A stretch of 32,000 nt of DNA from Bacillota bacterium (GCA_023439125.1 JAEXOU010000021.1:1146-33145), one strand, 5' to 3'. Numbered from the stretch's first letter, positions 16,722 to 25,317 are shown. Program-made: numbers and translations. The notes: generated from the sequence alone by a model not told the origin.

Positions 16722-17480
16722 ATGAAGAATGTAATTATCTCAACAGAAAAGTTAAGTAAGTCCTTCTCAACCAATGGGTCACTACAACATGTAATCAAAA
16801 ACCTAGACATCGAGATTTACGATGGAGATTTTACTGTGATCATGGGATCTTCAGGTGCAGGGAAGTCAACACTTCTCTATGCCCTATCAGGAATGGATAA
16901 ACCAACGCTTGGTTCTATTCACTTTTTACAAGAAAATATTGAATCCTTATCCAATGACAATTTAGCAGTATTTCGTCGTAAGAATTGTGGATTTGTATTC
17001 CAACAGATGTTCTTACTAGACAATATGACAATTTTAGATAATATTTTAGCAAGTGGGTTGCTAGTAAGTAAAAATCGTAAGGAAATCATTCAAAGGGCAA
17101 AAGATTTATTGACTCAAGTGGGGATTCAAGAGGAAATATGGAATAAGTTTCCGAGTCAACTTTCTGGAGGTGAAACACAACGTGCTGCAATTGTTCGTGC
17201 TATGATTAATCAACCGAAAGTAGTATTTGCAGATGAACCAACAGGAGCATTGAATTCATCAGCGGGTAAAGCTGTTCTTGATGTGTTAACAGAAGCGAAT
17301 CGTAATGGTCAGAATATCATTATGGTTACTCATGACTTAAAGTCTGCACGTCGAGGAAACCGTATTCTGTATATGAGAGATGGTATTATTCATGGCGTTT
17401 GTAATTTAGGAAGTTATGTGAGTGGAGATCGTGAAAGACATGAGAAATTGAAAAAGTTCCTAGAAGAAATGGGGTGGTAG
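16722..17480 (+). CDS. ABC transporter ATP-binding protein (MacB/LolD/BceA-like)
   Basis: Walker A GSSGAGKST, signature LSGGETQR, Walker B VVFADEPTGALN. Confidence 0.9.
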   Translation: MKNVIISTEKLSKSFSTNGSLQHVIKNLDIEIYDGDFTVIMGSSGAGKSTLLYALSGMDKPTLGSIHFLQENIESLSNDNLAVFRRKNCGFVFQQMFLLDNMTILDNILASGLLVSKNRKEIIQRAKDLLTQVGIQEEIWNKFPSQLSGGETQRAAIVRAMINQPKVVFADEPTGALNSSAGKAVLDVLTEANRNGQNIIMVTHDLKSARRGNRILYMRDGIIHGVCNLGSYVSGDRERHEKLKKFLEEMGW

Positions 17481-17481
17481 T

Positions 17482-19833
17482 GTGTATAAAATTAGACTAC
17501 TAGCTTCAGCGAATATGAAAAAAAGTAAGGGTAATACCATATCGTTATTTTTTATGTTTTTGATCGCAGCGTTACTATTAAATATAGGATTACTTGTTCT
17601 AAATAATTTTGGTAGTTTTTTTGATAACCTAAAGAAGGAGCTGAACGTTTCCGATGTTTACTACAAGATGCCTGCTACAATGTATACGAGTGAAGTAAAG
17701 GAATATCTTGAAAACGAACCTAATATTCAAAAGATGCAAGTGGAAGATATTTATGCAGGAGATACTATAGTAAAGTATGGGAATGAAGAGCGTCAGATTA
17801 AATTTATGATATGTAACGCAAATCAAGAACGTACATTATCTAAGTGGAAGTTTATAGGGGAACATCTACCTGCAGAAAAGATGTCCATCTATATCCCGTA
17901 TATTATGAATCTGGATGGAGGATATGGACTAAACGATACATTAAAAATAAACATAAATGGAAAGGAATTAATATTTACAGTAAAAGGGTTTATTGAAGAT
18001 ATCTATTTTTCATCCCTTGATACAATTTATCTTTCAGGATATGTAACTCCTGAAACATTTGACTTGGTTGCGGATCAGTTAAGTGAAGAAAGAGGTGTCT
18101 TAGTTTTTACAAAGGAAGAGGTGACCAATAGTAAGGTTGTAAGATCGATTCAAGCACTTACTAAGACAGAATCGAGTTTATCACAGTTGAATTCAGAAGA
18201 GAGTATATTTAACATTGATTTAGCTCTAGTTGACTTATCGCGTGTTTCTATGTCAAGTATCATATCATCCGTAATAGTAGTATTTGCTGCTATTATTGTC
18301 CTTGTTACTCTGGTAGTTGTACGTTTTCGAATTAATATTAGCATTATTGATGATATGATGAAGATTGGTTCTCTGAAAGCAGTAGGATATACGAGCCGAC
18401 AGATTATGTGCACGATGGCATATCAGTATACAATCATTGCAATTATAGGCAGCCTAGTTGGAATTATTCTATCATATTTTTGTATCCCTATATTATCGAA
18501 TGTCTTTGCAGTTCAATCAGGTCTTAAGTGGGAACAAGGTTTTGATTTCGTCGCAAGTAGCATGACATTAGTGATTCTCTTAGCTATTACAATGGCAGTA
18601 GCATACCTTTCATCAAGACGCATCAATAAATTAACACCGATTACCTCTTTACGTGGTGGAATCGTTACCCATAGCTTTCGTAAAAATCCGATACCACTTC
18701 ACAAAGTTAAGACAAGATTAACAGTAGCTCTTGCAATGAAAGGGTTATTGCAAAGCAAGAAACAGAGTTTAATGATAATTCTCATCATAATCGCTATCTC
18801 GTTTGCAGGTGCTTTTTCTATTGTGATGTATTATAATACGTCCATTGATACTACGACATTTAAAAAAACACCAGGGTTAGAGCTATCAAATGTAGTAGCA
18901 ATACGTGAGCCAGATGTTAATCAAAAGTCGATCTTAGATGAGATCAGTCAGTTGTCTGGTGTGAGACTGGCTCAGTATATTGATGAGCTTAGTGTAACGA
19001 TTGAGGATAATGTGATGAAAGCTTTTGTAATGGAAGACTTTCGTAAAAAGGAAACTAATACGGTTTATAAAGGAAGATATCCAATTCATTCGAATGAGAT
19101 TGTACTAGCTGGACAGTTTGCGAAACAAATTGATAAAGATGTAAGTGATACGGTTATTGTAGAGTTAGGAGGCCATAAGGAAGAGTATTTAATTACAGGT
19201 CTTTCTCAAGGTACTTATATGGGAGGCAAGAATGTTTCCATATGCCTTAGTGGAATGCAGAGACTTAATCCAGACCTTGAACTAAACATGTTAAATATTT
19301 ATCTTAATCATAAGGAAGTATCGTCAAAGGATTTTGTTGCGCTGTTAGAAACATCTTACATGGATGTTTTTATCAATGTAATTGATATGGATGAGCAGAT
19401 TGAAGACGGTATAGGATTATATACGGATCTTATCGGAAAAATCGGACCAGTGATTCTGATCATTACGATATTGGTAGATATTTTAGTGTTATACTTTGTG
19501 CTTAACTCCTCCGTAGTACGTAAAAAGAGAGAATTAGGAATTCAAAAGGCAATTGGATTTACTACCTTCCAATTAATGAATCAATTATCTCTTAGTTTTC
19601 TTGCACCAATCACGATTGGTGTTTGTGCGGGATGCTTGCTTGGGGTAACACAGATAAATAATATTATGAGTCTTGTTCAAGGTTCGATGGGAATCATGAA
19701 AGCAGAGTATATGATTAAGCCTTTTTGGATTATAGTGTTTGGATTAGCAATTATTCTAGTATCTTATATTACATCCATGCTCATTACTTATGGTATCCGA
19801 AAGATTTCAGCCTATGCATTAGTGACAGAATAA
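17482..19833 (+). CDS. FtsX/MacB-family ABC permease with two tandem halves (8 predicted TM, two ~200-aa extracytoplasmic domains)
   Basis: GTG start directly after the ATPase stop. The pattern TM1, large loop, TM2-4 occurs twice (residues ~20-376 and ~412-765). Confidence 0.9.
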   Translation: MYKIRLLASANMKKSKGNTISLFFMFLIAALLLNIGLLVLNNFGSFFDNLKKELNVSDVYYKMPATMYTSEVKEYLENEPNIQKMQVEDIYAGDTIVKYGNEERQIKFMICNANQERTLSKWKFIGEHLPAEKMSIYIPYIMNLDGGYGLNDTLKININGKELIFTVKGFIEDIYFSSLDTIYLSGYVTPETFDLVADQLSEERGVLVFTKEEVTNSKVVRSIQALTKTESSLSQLNSEESIFNIDLALVDLSRVSMSSIISSVIVVFAAIIVLVTLVVVRFRINISIIDDMMKIGSLKAVGYTSRQIMCTMAYQYTIIAIIGSLVGIILSYFCIPILSNVFAVQSGLKWEQGFDFVASSMTLVILLAITMAVAYLSSRRINKLTPITSLRGGIVTHSFRKNPIPLHKVKTRLTVALAMKGLLQSKKQSLMIILIIIAISFAGAFSIVMYYNTSIDTTTFKKTPGLELSNVVAIREPDVNQKSILDEISQLSGVRLAQYIDELSVTIEDNVMKAFVMEDFRKKETNTVYKGRYPIHSNEIVLAGQFAKQIDKDVSDTVIVELGGHKEEYLITGLSQGTYMGGKNVSICLSGMQRLNPDLELNMLNIYLNHKEVSSKDFVALLETSYMDVFINVIDMDEQIEDGIGLYTDLIGKIGPVILIITILVDILVLYFVLNSSVVRKKRELGIQKAIGFTTFQLMNQLSLSFLAPITIGVCAGCLLGVTQINNIMSLVQGSMGIMKAEYMIKPFWIIVFGLAIILVSYITSMLITYGIRKISAYALVTE

Positions 19834-19852
19834 GAATAGTGAAAATTAATAT

Positions 19853-19898
19853 GAGTCAAGCATACAATATGATGTATTTTTGCATGCTTGACTTTTTA
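19853..19898 (+). terminator. terminator of the TCS 2-ABC operon
   Basis: AGTCAAGCAT / ATGCTTGACT 10-bp stem followed by TTTTT. Confidence 0.8.
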
Positions 19899-19930
19899 CC
19901 GTTAGGATGATGTCGGGGTCAAAAAAGAAA

Positions 19931-20014
19931 TCTGACGTCATTTTGCACAAAGGAAATGTTAAGAGTATGGGCTGACAAACATAATTTATACGCAACACGC
20001 TTTCGCTTGAATGA
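19931..20014 (+). repeat. intergenic repeat, full copy A (modules X+Z)
   Basis: 78 of 84 hand-aligned positions are identical to 26343-26425. Confidence 0.8.
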
Positions 20015-20098
20015 AGTTCGTTATATTTTCTTGTTATATTAACAAAATATTAAACTTTAGTTAAGATTAGAAAACTTCAAAGTTTGTTCATAATTATA

Positions 20099-20107
20099 TG
20101 ATATAAT
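20099..20107 (+). promoter_or_regulatory. extended -10 promoter TGaTATAAT for the alarmone synthetase gene
   Basis: TG at 20099-20100 and TATAAT at 20102-20107. There is no good -35. Confidence 0.5.
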
Positions 20108-20181
20108 TAATTTAGTAACTTAGGCAAAAAAGTAGTTAGGATCAATATTTATAATACATCCGAAAAACTTAATGAAAAGGA

Positions 20182-21141
20182 ATGGGTGATTGCATGGAAC
20201 TTCCGATCTTTTATGATCAGGTTGAGGAGTGGAATCGAGCTTTATTGTTATATGATTCTGCACTAAAAGAGGTTAATACAAAATTAGAGATATTAAATAA
20301 CGAATTTAAGCTAGCACATCAGTATAATCCAATTGAACATATAACATCAAGATTAAAATCTCCCCAGAGTATTGCGAAAAAAATTCGTCATAATGAAATG
20401 GAACTTACTGTTGAAAATATTATCAAGTATATTAATGATGTAGCTGGTGTACGCATTATCTGTTCTTTTACTTCAGACATTTATCGTATTGCTGATTTAA
20501 TTGCAAAGCAAAACGATGTGAAGGTACTTAAGGTGAAGGATTATATTATGAACCCAAAAGAAAATGGATATATGAGTTATCATATGATCATTTCTGTTCC
20601 TATTTTCTTATCCGATGAAGTCATTGACACAAAAGTTGAAATTCAAATTCGTACAATTGCCATGGATTTTTGGGCAAGTTTAGAGCATAAGATGTACTAC
20701 AAGTTTGAAGGTAATGCACCCACTCATATTCGTAGAGAGTTAAAAGAATGTGCGGATATTGTGTCTTTTCTTGATCAAAAAATGTTAGCTATTAATGAAG
20801 AAATTAAAAAATACAGTGAAGATCCTCTCGGTAATTATCGAGAGATGATGTCTGATATGTTCCAAAACAAGGTGAAGGAAGCATATGGTACTGTCATTGA
20901 TGATGAGATAGAAGTAAAAGAAAAGGTATCTGAAGCTGTTGAGATAATAGAACATGAGGCAAATAATGATAGTGAGATGATCCGAGAACTTCAAGCAAAG
21001 GTCTTACGGGAAAGAGAATTAGGTGCTAAAGACTTCGATAGCAATGATTCAAAGCAAGAGAAGAATGGAGTTAAGGAAAAAGTATCATTTAAAGCAAATT
21101 TGTTTGGTAGAAAGAAATCTCATAATACGGCAATTAATTAG
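20182..21141 (+). CDS. small alarmone synthetase (RelQ/RelP-type GTP pyrophosphokinase) with a ~100-aa charged C-terminal extension
   Basis: RelA/SpoT synthetase motifs DVAGVRIICSF, ENGYMSYHMII and EIQIRTIAMDFWASLEHKMYYK. ATG 20194 (GGGTGA SD) is an equally plausible start. Confidence 0.9.
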   Translation: MGDCMELPIFYDQVEEWNRALLLYDSALKEVNTKLEILNNEFKLAHQYNPIEHITSRLKSPQSIAKKIRHNEMELTVENIIKYINDVAGVRIICSFTSDIYRIADLIAKQNDVKVLKVKDYIMNPKENGYMSYHMIISVPIFLSDEVIDTKVEIQIRTIAMDFWASLEHKMYYKFEGNAPTHIRRELKECADIVSFLDQKMLAINEEIKKYSEDPLGNYREMMSDMFQNKVKEAYGTVIDDEIEVKEKVSEAVEIIEHEANNDSEMIRELQAKVLRERELGAKDFDSNDSKQEKNGVKEKVSFKANLFGRKKSHNTAIN

Positions 21142-21188
21142 AGAAGATTAAGAAGGCAGGTTTATGTGTCTTAAGATCAATATAAAAT

Positions 21189-21239
21189 AATCCCTAAAAA
21201 GTAGATGAGTTAAATGAATCTACTTTTTAGGGATTTTTA
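21189..21239. terminator. bidirectional terminator between the convergent SAS and S1-domain genes
   Basis: 17-bp stem AATCCCTAAAAAGTAGA / TCTACTTTTTAGGGATT with a T-run after it. Confidence 0.85.
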
Positions 21240-21248
21240 TGTCTTATC

Positions 21249-22163
21249 TTATGAGAGATGAATTCCTTTTAGCAATGCTCCAAGACCAGTTGTTGCATCT
21301 TCCCCTGTAGAAAACTCAATAGGCGCCTCATCTACATCGTCGATTACTTCTTCTTTTTCTTCTACTGCCTTAATACTCAGACTAATCTTCCCATCTTTTA
21401 CATCTAATACTTTTACGGTTACTTCTTGTCCTTCTTTCAAAACTTCACTAGGAGATTTTAGGCGTTTTCCGCAAATCTCAGAAATGTGAACGAGTCCAGA
21501 AAGTCCATCACCAATCGTAACAAAAGCACCAAATGGCATGATTTTTTCAACAATACCATTGATTACAATTCCCTTTTGAACTTTGGAGATTTTACCAGCT
21601 TTTTCGGCAGCAGCTTCATCTCTTAACACTTCTTTTGCTGATAATACTAATTTATTCGCATCGCGATCCACAGTTACTACAATGACAGACATTTCTTTTC
21701 CAACAAACTCAGATACATCTTCCACATAGCTAAGGCTTAGCATGGAGGCTGGAATAAATGCACGAATTCCTTCTAGGTAAGTAACAACACCTGCATTTAC
21801 GGCAGCAGCAATTTTAACTGTTACAACGGTACGATTTTGTTTCATTTCCTTTAGTTTATCCCAAGAAAGGATGTTTTCTGCTTGTTTTTTCGAGAGAAGA
21901 ATATTGCCTTCACGATCTTCCCCAAGTACCATTGCTGTAATTTCTTCACCAATTGTCATGTCTGCTTTAATTGAAAAACGTGGATCGTTACTTAGCTCGT
22001 CTAGTTTAATAATACCTTCACTGTAATAGCCCAAGTCTACAGTAACTTCAGTATCAGAGATACCAATTACAGTACCTTTCACTAAATCCTGTTCTTTTAG
22101 TCTTTTGAAAGAACGATTTAGTTCCTCTTTAAAATCATCCATTGTTAGATTATTGTCATCCAT
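21249..22163 (-). CDS. S1 RNA-binding domain protein (ribosomal protein S1-like, three S1 repeats)
   Basis: Repeated S1 motifs (VKGTVIGISDTEVTVDLG, VTVKIAAAVNAGVVTYLEGIRAFIP, INGIVEKIMPFGAFVTIGDGLSGLVHISE). Start moved to ATG 22163 (MDDNNL; GAGGTGA SD). Confidence 0.85.
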   Translation of the reverse strand: MDDNNLTMDDFKEELNRSFKRLKEQDLVKGTVIGISDTEVTVDLGYYSEGIIKLDELSNDPRFSIKADMTIGEEITAMVLGEDREGNILLSKKQAENILSWDKLKEMKQNRTVVTVKIAAAVNAGVVTYLEGIRAFIPASMLSLSYVEDVSEFVGKEMSVIVVTVDRDANKLVLSAKEVLRDEAAAEKAGKISKVQKGIVINGIVEKIMPFGAFVTIGDGLSGLVHISEICGKRLKSPSEVLKEGQEVTVKVLDVKDGKISLSIKAVEEKEEVIDDVDEAPIEFSTGEDATTGLGALLKGIHLS

Positions 22164-22276
22164 TTGATTCACCTCATTGTTTGTGATAATATGTATAAGT
22201 ATAGCACATAATAAAAATCTGTAAATCAAAAAAACAAGTGGATTTCATTCAAGGCTACATAGAAGGAGAGTTGATT

Positions 22277-22984
22277 ATGGCATCTTTTTTAGATGATATT
22301 ACCCCATTTTTAGGAGAAAACACAGCAAATGATCAAGGATTAATGCTTCCAGAATTTCTAGAGCAATATGATCCAAACCAATATCCAAACCCATCAGTGA
22401 CTGCTGATGTTATGGTTTTTTGGGCAAAAGATGAATTAAAGGACGTAACAAAAGACTTAAAACTATTATTAATTCGAAGAAAGAATCATCCTAGTATTGG
22501 ATGGTGGGCACTTCCGGGAGGTTTTGTAGACATTAGAGAAGATGCTGATTTAGCAGCGAAACGAGAATTGGAAGAAGAGACAGGGATAACTGGAATATCG
22601 GTGGAGCAATTATGTGCATGGGGTGATTATAATCGTGACCCTCGGACTAGAATTGTTACAATTGCTTATTTAGCTTTGTTAGAGAATGTGATTGAAGTGA
22701 AAGCAGGAGATGATGCACAAGACGCAGGATGGTTTGATGTAAAACTTCAACTAATCCGTGAGGAATTAAAAGAGGAGCGTAAGGTAAAGGTTTATCAGTT
22801 AGAATTAGTGAATACGGAAAAAGGTGAAAGAGCTAGCGCAACAGTTGCCTATTCTTTTTTACCTAATCGTATACTACAGGATGAAAAATACGAGGTATTG
22901 AATCGAGATCATCTAGCTTTTGATCATCCATCTTTTATTGTGAAAGGGTTGCTTCATTTACAAAACAGATTGAATACATTATAA
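22277..22984 (+). CDS. NUDIX hydrolase with an NrtR-like C-terminal domain
   Basis: Intact Nudix box GGFVDIREDADLAAKRELEEETGI and a C-terminal LAFDH motif typical of the ADP-ribose pyrophosphatase/NrtR family. Start at ATG 22277 (GAAGGAG SD). Confidence 0.8.
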   Translation: MASFLDDITPFLGENTANDQGLMLPEFLEQYDPNQYPNPSVTADVMVFWAKDELKDVTKDLKLLLIRRKNHPSIGWWALPGGFVDIREDADLAAKRELEEETGITGISVEQLCAWGDYNRDPRTRIVTIAYLALLENVIEVKAGDDAQDAGWFDVKLQLIREELKEERKVKVYQLELVNTEKGERASATVAYSFLPNRILQDEKYEVLNRDHLAFDHPSFIVKGLLHLQNRLNTL

Positions 22985-23013
22985 AAAAATTAGTAAATAA
23001 TTGAAATTAGACA

Positions 23014-23042
23014 TTGACATTAACAAAATGGAGGACTATGAT
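23014..23042 (+). promoter_or_regulatory. sigma-A-type promoter (TTGACA-N17-TATGAT) for the CPA2 antiporter
   Basis: TTGACA at 23014-23019 and TATGAT at 23037-23042. Confidence 0.6.
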
Positions 23043-23113
23043 AAAAATCGTTGTTTGAATATATACATAGTAATTCAGATTGAGAATGACTCCAAAAGGA
23101 AGGGAAGCAGGAA

Positions 23114-24361
23114 ATGTCTTACAATTATTTATTTGTTATTTGTATCATTTTGGTTTCTACAAAGCTTCTTAGTTTATTGACTGGACGTTTGCAGATGCCT
23201 CAGGTAGTTGGTTCTTTACTAGCCGGACTATTATTAGGACCAGCAGTGTTGGGTATATTACCTCCAAGTGATTTTCTAAATCGGTTAGCCGAGTTAGGTG
23301 TTATTGTTATTATGTTTAGTGCAGGAACTGGAACCAGTTTAAAAGATTTAAAGAACTCAGGGAAATCTGGTTTGTTAGTTGCATTTTTAGGAGTAATCAT
23401 TCCATTAGGATTAGGTGCGCTTCTCATGGGAACCTTTAACCCAGATGCGAGTATGCTTACTAACATCTTTATGGGTACAATATTAACAGCTACTTCAGTA
23501 AGTATAACGGTAGAAACATTAAAAGAAATGGGTAAGCTAAGCACTAAAGTAGGTAATACGATTTTGGCAGCAGCATTAATTGATGATGTACTTGGATTAA
23601 TATGCTTGACTATTGTAACTAGTTTATCAGGTGCAGATGTTAATATTGGCATTGTTTTATTAAAAATTCTTTTATTCTTTGTCTTTGTAACTGTTATAGG
23701 TTTTATTTTTAATAGAGTATCTACTTGGTATATGAATCGCTTAAATAATCAAAACCTACATCGATTTCCAATCGCAGGCTTTGCATTATGTTTGTTTTTG
23801 GCATGGGCAGCAGAAGAAATATTTGGTGTAGCCGATATTATTGGAGCATTTGCAGCAGGGCTCATTGTTGCGACAACACCAAAAGGAACCTATATTTCTA
23901 GTAAATTTTCACCCTTGTCTTATTTATTATTAACTCCAATTTTCTTCGCAAACATTGGTTTAAAGGTAACATTGCCTCAACTAAGTGGTAAATTAGTTTT
24001 ATTTACTGTGCTTTTAGTTTTAGTAGGTGTCTTATCCAAATTGATTGGATGTGGAATTGGTGCTAAATTATGTGGATTTACTAATCGGCAAGCGGTACAG
24101 ACTGGTTTGGGCATGGCATGCCGTGGTGAGGTTGCATTAATTACAGCAAATAAAGGTATGTCAATTGGAATAATGGAACAGGAGTATTTTGGACCAGTTA
24201 TTATTCTAATTGTATGTTGTGCTGTATTTACACCAATTTTACTAAAGTTAGCATTTAAGAATTATGTTAGTTCACCACAAGATAGTACTCTAGTTGATAA
24301 TTATGAGTTAAGCCAAGCTGATATTGAGGAAGGACGAGCAATTCGACCAAGAAACACATAA
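23114..24361 (+). CDS. cation:proton antiporter (CPA2/Kef-NapA type, no RCK domain)
   Basis: 415 aa polytopic membrane protein. The N-terminus LLSLLTGRLQMPQVVGSLLAGLLLGPAVLG is typical of CPA2. Confidence 0.9.
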   Translation: MSYNYLFVICIILVSTKLLSLLTGRLQMPQVVGSLLAGLLLGPAVLGILPPSDFLNRLAELGVIVIMFSAGTGTSLKDLKNSGKSGLLVAFLGVIIPLGLGALLMGTFNPDASMLTNIFMGTILTATSVSITVETLKEMGKLSTKVGNTILAAALIDDVLGLICLTIVTSLSGADVNIGIVLLKILLFFVFVTVIGFIFNRVSTWYMNRLNNQNLHRFPIAGFALCLFLAWAAEEIFGVADIIGAFAAGLIVATTPKGTYISSKFSPLSYLLLTPIFFANIGLKVTLPQLSGKLVLFTVLLVLVGVLSKLIGCGIGAKLCGFTNRQAVQTGLGMACRGEVALITANKGMSIGIMEQEYFGPVIILIVCCAVFTPILLKLAFKNYVSSPQDSTLVDNYELSQADIEEGRAIRPRNT

Positions 24362-24363
24362 AC

Positions 24364-24411
24364 AAAATGCATGTATTAGAGCTAAATGATTCGCTCAAAT
24401 ACATGCATTTT
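24364..24411. terminator. bidirectional hairpin overlapping the 3' end of the convergent minus-strand gene
   Basis: 14-bp stem AAAATGCATGTATT / AATACATGCATTTT. Confidence 0.7.
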
Positions 24412-25119
24412 TCCAGATTTACCAACTTGTTTAATTGCATTAACATGGGAAAGAATATTTAAGGCAGTCCATGCAAGTCCTTTTGAGACATGGGCTGCTT
24501 CTTTAAAATCTTTTGTTGTGAATTGTTTCGGCAGCTGATCAGGTATGAGTTGTGCATAATCATTAGTTTCTTTGATTATAACTTCACCTGCAAGATTAAC
24601 TGGGATACCATCATTACGTCTAGAACCTTTTTTCTTATCTTTACTCCATCCATTTAATAACCGATATTCTTCTATATCTAAGAGCATAATATGAAGGGAC
24701 AGATTAGGGTCATTAAGATAGCTCTTTATTCGATAAAGTTCTGGAAAGATAGCAACAGGAGATCCGGTTTTAGGAGATTTTCTTGGCTTGCTTACTTCAC
24801 CAGTTTCTTCATCGACCCAACATAACCATTTCTTATGTGCAACAGGGTATACAATTGTAACTTCATGATCCGGCAAAAACGCATCAAGTTTACGTCTTAA
24901 TGTATTGAAATTCCTTGTTTGTACCTCAATAATCTGATCATCCATTCGTATATCTGCAACATAGTTGTGAACTCGTTGCTCATGATAGCGAGTTTCAGGT
25001 GCAAAATATAACTTCAGTACAGCGTGTATCGTCTTTTCACATAACGTGCCAATACCATTACGTTCAATATTCTGATCGATAATCATGGAACATACTTCAT
25101 CAAATCGTTGTGTGTCCAT
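24382..25119 (-). CDS. uncharacterised protein, probably PD-(D/E)xK nuclease fold (D...E-V-Q variant) with a C-terminal helical/wHTH-like region
   Basis: The pattern GTLCEKTIHAVLK...YVADIRMDDQIIEVQT...VTIVYPV resembles the helix-E, D, ExK/ExQ core seen in CoiA-like nucleases. This assignment comes from motif inspection only. Confidence 0.5.
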   Translation of the reverse strand: MDTQRFDEVCSMIIDQNIERNGIGTLCEKTIHAVLKLYFAPETRYHEQRVHNYVADIRMDDQIIEVQTRNFNTLRRKLDAFLPDHEVTIVYPVAHKKWLCWVDEETGEVSKPRKSPKTGSPVAIFPELYRIKSYLNDPNLSLHIMLLDIEEYRLLNGWSKDKKKGSRRNDGIPVNLAGEVIIKETNDYAQLIPDQLPKQFTTKDFKEAAHVSKGLAWTALNILSHVNAIKQVGKSGKMHVFERII

Positions 25120-25317
25120 TACTTTTACCTCGTAAATTTTATAATCCTAGCATAACCTAAGTTGCTCTTTGTATCAAGAGTTTCTTCTTAACATTTTCAT
25201 GGAATATGAGAATGAAGTATGATATAGTAACTCCATACATCAGAGTTACCTTAAATTGCTTAACAGTAATACATAACCGTTTGGTTATTAATAAATCACA
25301 ATAAGATAGGAGCAATT

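Noticed and set aside
16722-19833. Calling the transporter a canonical BceAB bacitracin-type system
   Set aside because: The permease appears to be a tandem double-MacB (8 TM, two large loops) rather than the 10-TM single-loop BceB, and the kinase is not of the intramembrane-sensing type. It is kept as MacB/FtsX-type only.
19931-19955. Repeat box read as a sigma-54 promoter, CRE-like TGACGTCA site, or CodY, cre or Rex operator
   Set aside because: There is no GG-N10-GC spacing for sigma-54. The TGACGTCA palindrome is broken in copy B (TGACGTTA). The match to the CodY consensus is only about 8 of 15, and there is no dyad for Rex or CcpA.
20182-21141. Small alarmone synthetase as a toxSAS toxin-antitoxin module
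   Set aside because: The gene is monocistronic, with its own promoter and terminator. There is no overlapping or adjacent small antitoxin or SAH gene. The motifs resemble housekeeping RelQ/RelP.
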